Origin: a virus
DNA length: 63,889 nucleotides
Virus record (IMG/VR): IMGVR_UViG_3300015245_000007
Span: 1-63,889 of that record
Direction: 5' to 3' (one strand)
A model generated the notes under the pieces. That model was not told where the DNA came from and ran no database searches. It saw only the letters and a list, made by a program, of their open reading frames with translations. A program made the translations under genes and the position numbers. Shown here one piece after another: positions 60,983 to 63,889 of the stretch (the stretch's first letter is position 1; every line of letters begins with the position of its first letter).

Positions 60983-61257
60983 GCCGGCCCTCGATCGACC
61001 ACGGGCTGTTGAGCCCAAGCGGGCGCATGAGCAAGCGCGCTCGAGCGGCCGCAATGAAGCGCACCGCGCTCGAGCTCTTCGGACCTGGTGGACTTGCTCG
61101 GCCAGGCCCGCCGCCGCAACCGACGCAGCGCGAGCGCCTGTTGCGCGAGGCCGCGCAGTGTCGCGACTTCGCCGCGCGCGGTCTAACGCCGCGCGCTCTG
61201 CTCAAACAGGCGGAACGCTGCGAGCGTCTGGCCGCCGAGCTCGAGGACAAGCCATGA
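60979..61257 (+). CDS. hypothetical protein
   Basis: ATGA coupling; 92 aa. Confidence 0.45.
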   Translation: MSRPSIDHGLLSPSGRMSKRARAAAMKRTALELFGPGGLARPGPPPQPTQRERLLREAAQCRDFAARGLTPRALLKQAERCERLAAELEDKP

Positions 61258-61466
61258 CCCTCGATAAGCGATCACTCGAGAGCTGGCGCAAGCTGGCGCT
61301 CTACTTCAAAGATCGATACTCGCCGGCGCAGCTCGACGCGATCGCGTGCGCCTGCTTTGAGAAAACCGAACGCGGCGAGGCGACCAACTTGCTGCACGAG
61401 GCCGCGCGGATCACCGGCACGCAATGCCAGTGCATCACGTGTCAGGATATAAGGCGCGCGCCATGA
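61254..61466 (+). CDS. hypothetical Cys-containing protein
   Basis: ATGA coupling; 70 aa; CQCITC. Confidence 0.45.
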   Translation: MTLDKRSLESWRKLALYFKDRYSPAQLDAIACACFEKTERGEATNLLHEAARITGTQCQCITCQDIRRAP

Positions 61467-61765
61467 CGTTGCCCTGTCTCAAAGGCCGGTGTCGGTCGCC
61501 GTTGGCCTGTCATTCGTTCGGCTATTGCCGTGAGCTAAACTTGACGCGCTTCACGGTCGCAAGGCCGGTGCCGGAACGCGCGCCGGCGATATGCGATATC
61601 GGAACATACGACGGCCAGGCTGGTGCGATCATCGATATCGAAGTCGATCACGACCAGGACGAAAGGCGCGCAATGACGTTCGCCGTGATCCAGCTCGATG
61701 GCGGCGCTACAATTCGTTTGAGGTTGCCCGACGTGAACGGGCGGTGGAAGAAACGGGAGACGTAG
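61463..61765 (+). CDS. hypothetical protein
   Basis: ATGA coupling; 100 aa. Confidence 0.45.
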   Translation: MTLPCLKGRCRSPLACHSFGYCRELNLTRFTVARPVPERAPAICDIGTYDGQAGAIIDIEVDHDQDERRAMTFAVIQLDGGATIRLRLPDVNGRWKKRET

Positions 61766-61767
61766 AC

Positions 61768-62370
61768 ATGTGCAGGTTTTTGATATCCGTGGCGCTCGGT
61801 TCGCTCGCCGCGTTTTTTATCCTGGTGATGCTGTTGCCGGCTAGGCAAGCTTGCGCCGGCGCCTGGTATTCGACCGAACCGCCCTCGAGACAGACGCCAC
61901 TGCCGGATTATTCCACCGTGCGAGAGCCGCCCGCGCCGGCGCCGATCGTGACGCCCGCGCAAATCTCAATACCCGCATTAAAGCCGGCCAACCCGCGGCC
62001 GGTACCGGAGAGCGGCACGATCGTGATCGATGGCGGCGACAACATGGGCGGTTCGATCAAGGCGCATGAGGCGCAAGTGCGCGCCGCGATCGCGCGCGGG
62101 CAGAGCGTCGTGCTCGACGACGCAATATGGTCGGCGGCCACGCTCTGGTTGATGGTGCCGGCGGACAAGATCTGCGCGACCGATCGCGCCATACTCGGAT
62201 TTCATTGGATGACCAACATGCTGACCCATGCGCCGATGAAGGACGAGACGGCGCGCGTTTTCAAACTTTATCCCGCGCACGTGCAAGCCGCGATCACGCG
62301 CAAGGGCGGGCTCGGCCCGGAAGATATCCGGATCAAGGCAACAGACCTGGTGCGGAGGTGCGAGCCATGA
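61768..62370 (+). CDS. secreted/periplasmic protein candidate (signal peptide; possibly ClpP/COG3904-like fold)
   Basis: MCRFLISVALGSLAAFFILVMLLPARQACA signal-like N-terminus; Pro-rich linker; 200 aa. Confidence 0.45.
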   Translation: MCRFLISVALGSLAAFFILVMLLPARQACAGAWYSTEPPSRQTPLPDYSTVREPPAPAPIVTPAQISIPALKPANPRPVPESGTIVIDGGDNMGGSIKAHEAQVRAAIARGQSVVLDDAIWSAATLWLMVPADKICATDRAILGFHWMTNMLTHAPMKDETARVFKLYPAHVQAAITRKGGLGPEDIRIKATDLVRRCEP

Positions 62371-62564
62371 CGCCAGAACAACAAGCCGCATATGTCATCG
62401 CGCAGGCAGCTTGCGCGATGGCGGAGATCGCCGGCATGCAAGCTGAAAACCAGATGTGCGCTCTTCGGGGCGAACCGCTCGCCTATGGCGAGGGTGCATT
62501 CACCTCAGTGATCGAGCGGAATTGCATCCACCACAACGGCGTGCTGACCCTCTTTCGGTCATGA
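62367..62564 (+). CDS. hypothetical small protein
   Basis: ATGA coupling; 65 aa. Confidence 0.45.
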   Translation: MTPEQQAAYVIAQAACAMAEIAGMQAENQMCALRGEPLAYGEGAFTSVIERNCIHHNGVLTLFRS

Positions 62565-62630
62565 AGATTTAAAGGCCAAAGGTGAGAAAACGATCCTGTA
62601 AAATAAATTGGCGCCCGCGGTCGAATTGAC

Positions 62631-62709
62631 TTGCGGTCGCCGAGTTTATTCGGCAATCTCTTTTCACAGGGACGGCGCTGGCCGGTCCCCACTCCAGAGG
62701 GAAGCCCGA
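62631..62709 (+). promoter_or_regulatory. conserved promoter/5' leader element, copy C
   Basis: TTGCGG, GCCGA-gtttat-TCGGC (62639-62654), GGGACGGCGCTGGCCGGTCCCC (62669-62690), CACTCCAGAGGGAAG SD, ATG 62710. Confidence 0.6.
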
Positions 62710-62988
62710 ATGTCTAGCTCATTCTCCGTTAACGTCCATGTCGACTACCAGGTCACACCGGCCGGCCAGTCGGTGCAGGTTGTCGCCGGGTACGACATTA
62801 ACCGTTATCCGGGTGCGGGTACCGGCAGCGTGATTGTCGGCCGCAAAATCAATCCCTCGAAGAAAACCCCTTGGGGCGCCCAAGTCGAAGAGCTTTGGGA
62901 AACTCAAGAGGAAGCGCAGGCGGCGGCCGATCGTGCCAACGCCGGAAACTGCGAGGGCATCGCCTTCGCCTCCTACAGCGACGACTGA
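62710..62988 (+). CDS. hypothetical protein
   Basis: ATG 62710 behind leader C; 92 aa. Confidence 0.55.
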   Translation: MSSSFSVNVHVDYQVTPAGQSVQVVAGYDINRYPGAGTGSVIVGRKINPSKKTPWGAQVEELWETQEEAQAAADRANAGNCEGIAFASYSDD

Positions 62989-63030
62989 CCCTCACTTTCA
63001 TCACTCACACACACACCAGGAACCACGATC

Positions 63031-63889
63031 ATGAACACGACCACCACCACCCGCCCCCGCTCCGTCCGCGCCAGCGGCACGACTTTGACGCAGGCCAACG
63101 CGCAGTGGGAAAGCCGCCCGGCCGATCAGCGTTTCGGCTCGCTCGCCGCCATGCTGGCGGTTGCCGACCACGACAAGACGACGGCGACCGTCGCCGAGAT
63201 CAAGGCCAACGCGCTGCGCGCCATCGCACGCGGTCCCGACATCGCGATCGAAGGCGAGGGCATTATGGGCGGCGCGCTCACGAATTGGAGCTTTGGCCAG
63301 CTCGCGCATATCGCCAAAGCGCCGGCCGCCTATCTGCGCACGCTGTCGCCGAAGCTCGCGGCGGCTGCCATCAACGAAGGCCTCGACAAGCACGCCGACG
63401 CCTACACGCAAGAGGATGGCGAGGGCCGCCAGCTTCTGTTTTCCGGCAAGGGCAAAGACCTGACCGCGCGCGCCATCACCTCGCAGAAATACGGCCGCGT
63501 CTGGAATGTGGACTTGATCCGCGAGCTGATGAAGCTCGAGGCCTCGGGCCCGTGGCAGCCCGCGCCGGAGGCCTTCGACGGCTCGCGCGGCTTGTACCTC
63601 GGCGATCGCGACATGTTCGCTTTCATGGTCGATAACGAGCGCCGCATATTCGAGACCGACAAGGGCGGCGGCCTCGGCCGCGGATTCTTCCTGACGAACA
63701 ACGAAGTCGGCGGCGGCGCCTTCAACATTCTGTCATTCCTCTACGAGTATGTTTGCGGCAATCACCGAGTCTGGGGCGCGCAGCAAATCGAAGAGACGCG
63801 CGTGATCCACATCGGCGGCGGCCGTCACGAGAAGGTGCTCGAGACGCTCGGCCGCGAGCTGGTACGCTACGCCGGCGCCAGCGCGAAGG
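63031..63889 (+). CDS. DUF932-family (phage/plasmid-like) protein, N-terminal segment; continues at 1..306
   Basis: ATG 63031 behind CACACACACC-AGGAACCA; ..WSFGQLA..YGRVWN..GLYLGDRDMFAFMV..GFFLTNNEVGGGAF.. typical of DUF932; no stop before the window end. Confidence 0.75.
   Translation, partial: MNTTTTTRPRSVRASGTTLTQANAQWESRPADQRFGSLAAMLAVADHDKTTATVAEIKANALRAIARGPDIAIEGEGIMGGALTNWSFGQLAHIAKAPAAYLRTLSPKLAAAAINEGLDKHADAYTQEDGEGRQLLFSGKGKDLTARAITSQKYGRVWNVDLIRELMKLEASGPWQPAPEAFDGSRGLYLGDRDMFAFMVDNERRIFETDKGGGLGRGFFLTNNEVGGGAFNILSFLYEYVCGNHRVWGAQQIEETRVIHIGGGRHEKVLETLGRELVRYAGASAK

Overview
The window is a complete, circularly closed genome of about 63.87 kb from a GC-rich tailed phage. Bases 1-22 repeat at 63868-63889, and one ORF reads through that junction. 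The tail genes and codon usage look alphaproteobacterial (Rhizobiales type), with a GTA-like distal tail block. Coding density is high, and many genes are translationally coupled through ATGA, TGATG or GTGA overlaps.

Gene blocks, in order:
1. 63031 through the junction to 2102 (+): DUF932 protein, small proteins and an HTH protein.
2. 2323-6640 (-): replication and recombination genes (DnaB-N/RecA-fold helicase, N6-adenine methyltransferase, RuvC-like resolvase).
3. 6641-6754: divergent switch region with a promoter and a palindromic operator.
4. 6755-14354 (+): XRE regulator, YqaJ exonuclease plus RecT, a J-like protein and a 637-aa ParB-like protein.
5. 14541-43149 (-): late operon of about 28.6 kb. 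It holds membrane/lysis genes, a GH25 endolysin, a tail-fibre cluster, GTA-like g12-g15 tail tip genes, the tape measure, G/GT chaperones with a -1 frameshift site, tail tube, head-tail joining genes, major capsid, an XkdF-type protease-scaffold fusion, a portal-MuF fusion, and TerL and TerS.
6. 43257-50213 (+): about 23 mostly small early genes, led by a radical-SAM plus DUF6884-like pair.
7. 50295-56311 (-): methyltransferase-like protein, YodC-like protein, ParB-nuclease protein, Cys-rich proteins and small hydrophobic peptides.
8. 56312-58165: two largely non-coding stretches around a MarR-like gene.
9. 58166-62988 (+): RadC-like JAB protein, a truncated C5 methyltransferase and other small proteins.

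I found no integrase, tRNA, rRNA, CRISPR array or transposase.

The most unusual signals are non-coding:
- A four-copy conserved promoter/structured 5' leader family sits in front of radC and three other genes.
- A GCCGA-N6-TCGGC palindrome is embedded in at least five promoter-like sites.
- Two clusters of an 11-nt iteron (CCGGGAACGAT) lie in opposite orientation and bracket the roughly 8.6-kb RadC-to-DUF932 module.
- The 180-nt capsid leader displays a 20-nt direct repeat in two hairpin loops.

All functional calls come from reading motifs by eye. No database search was run.
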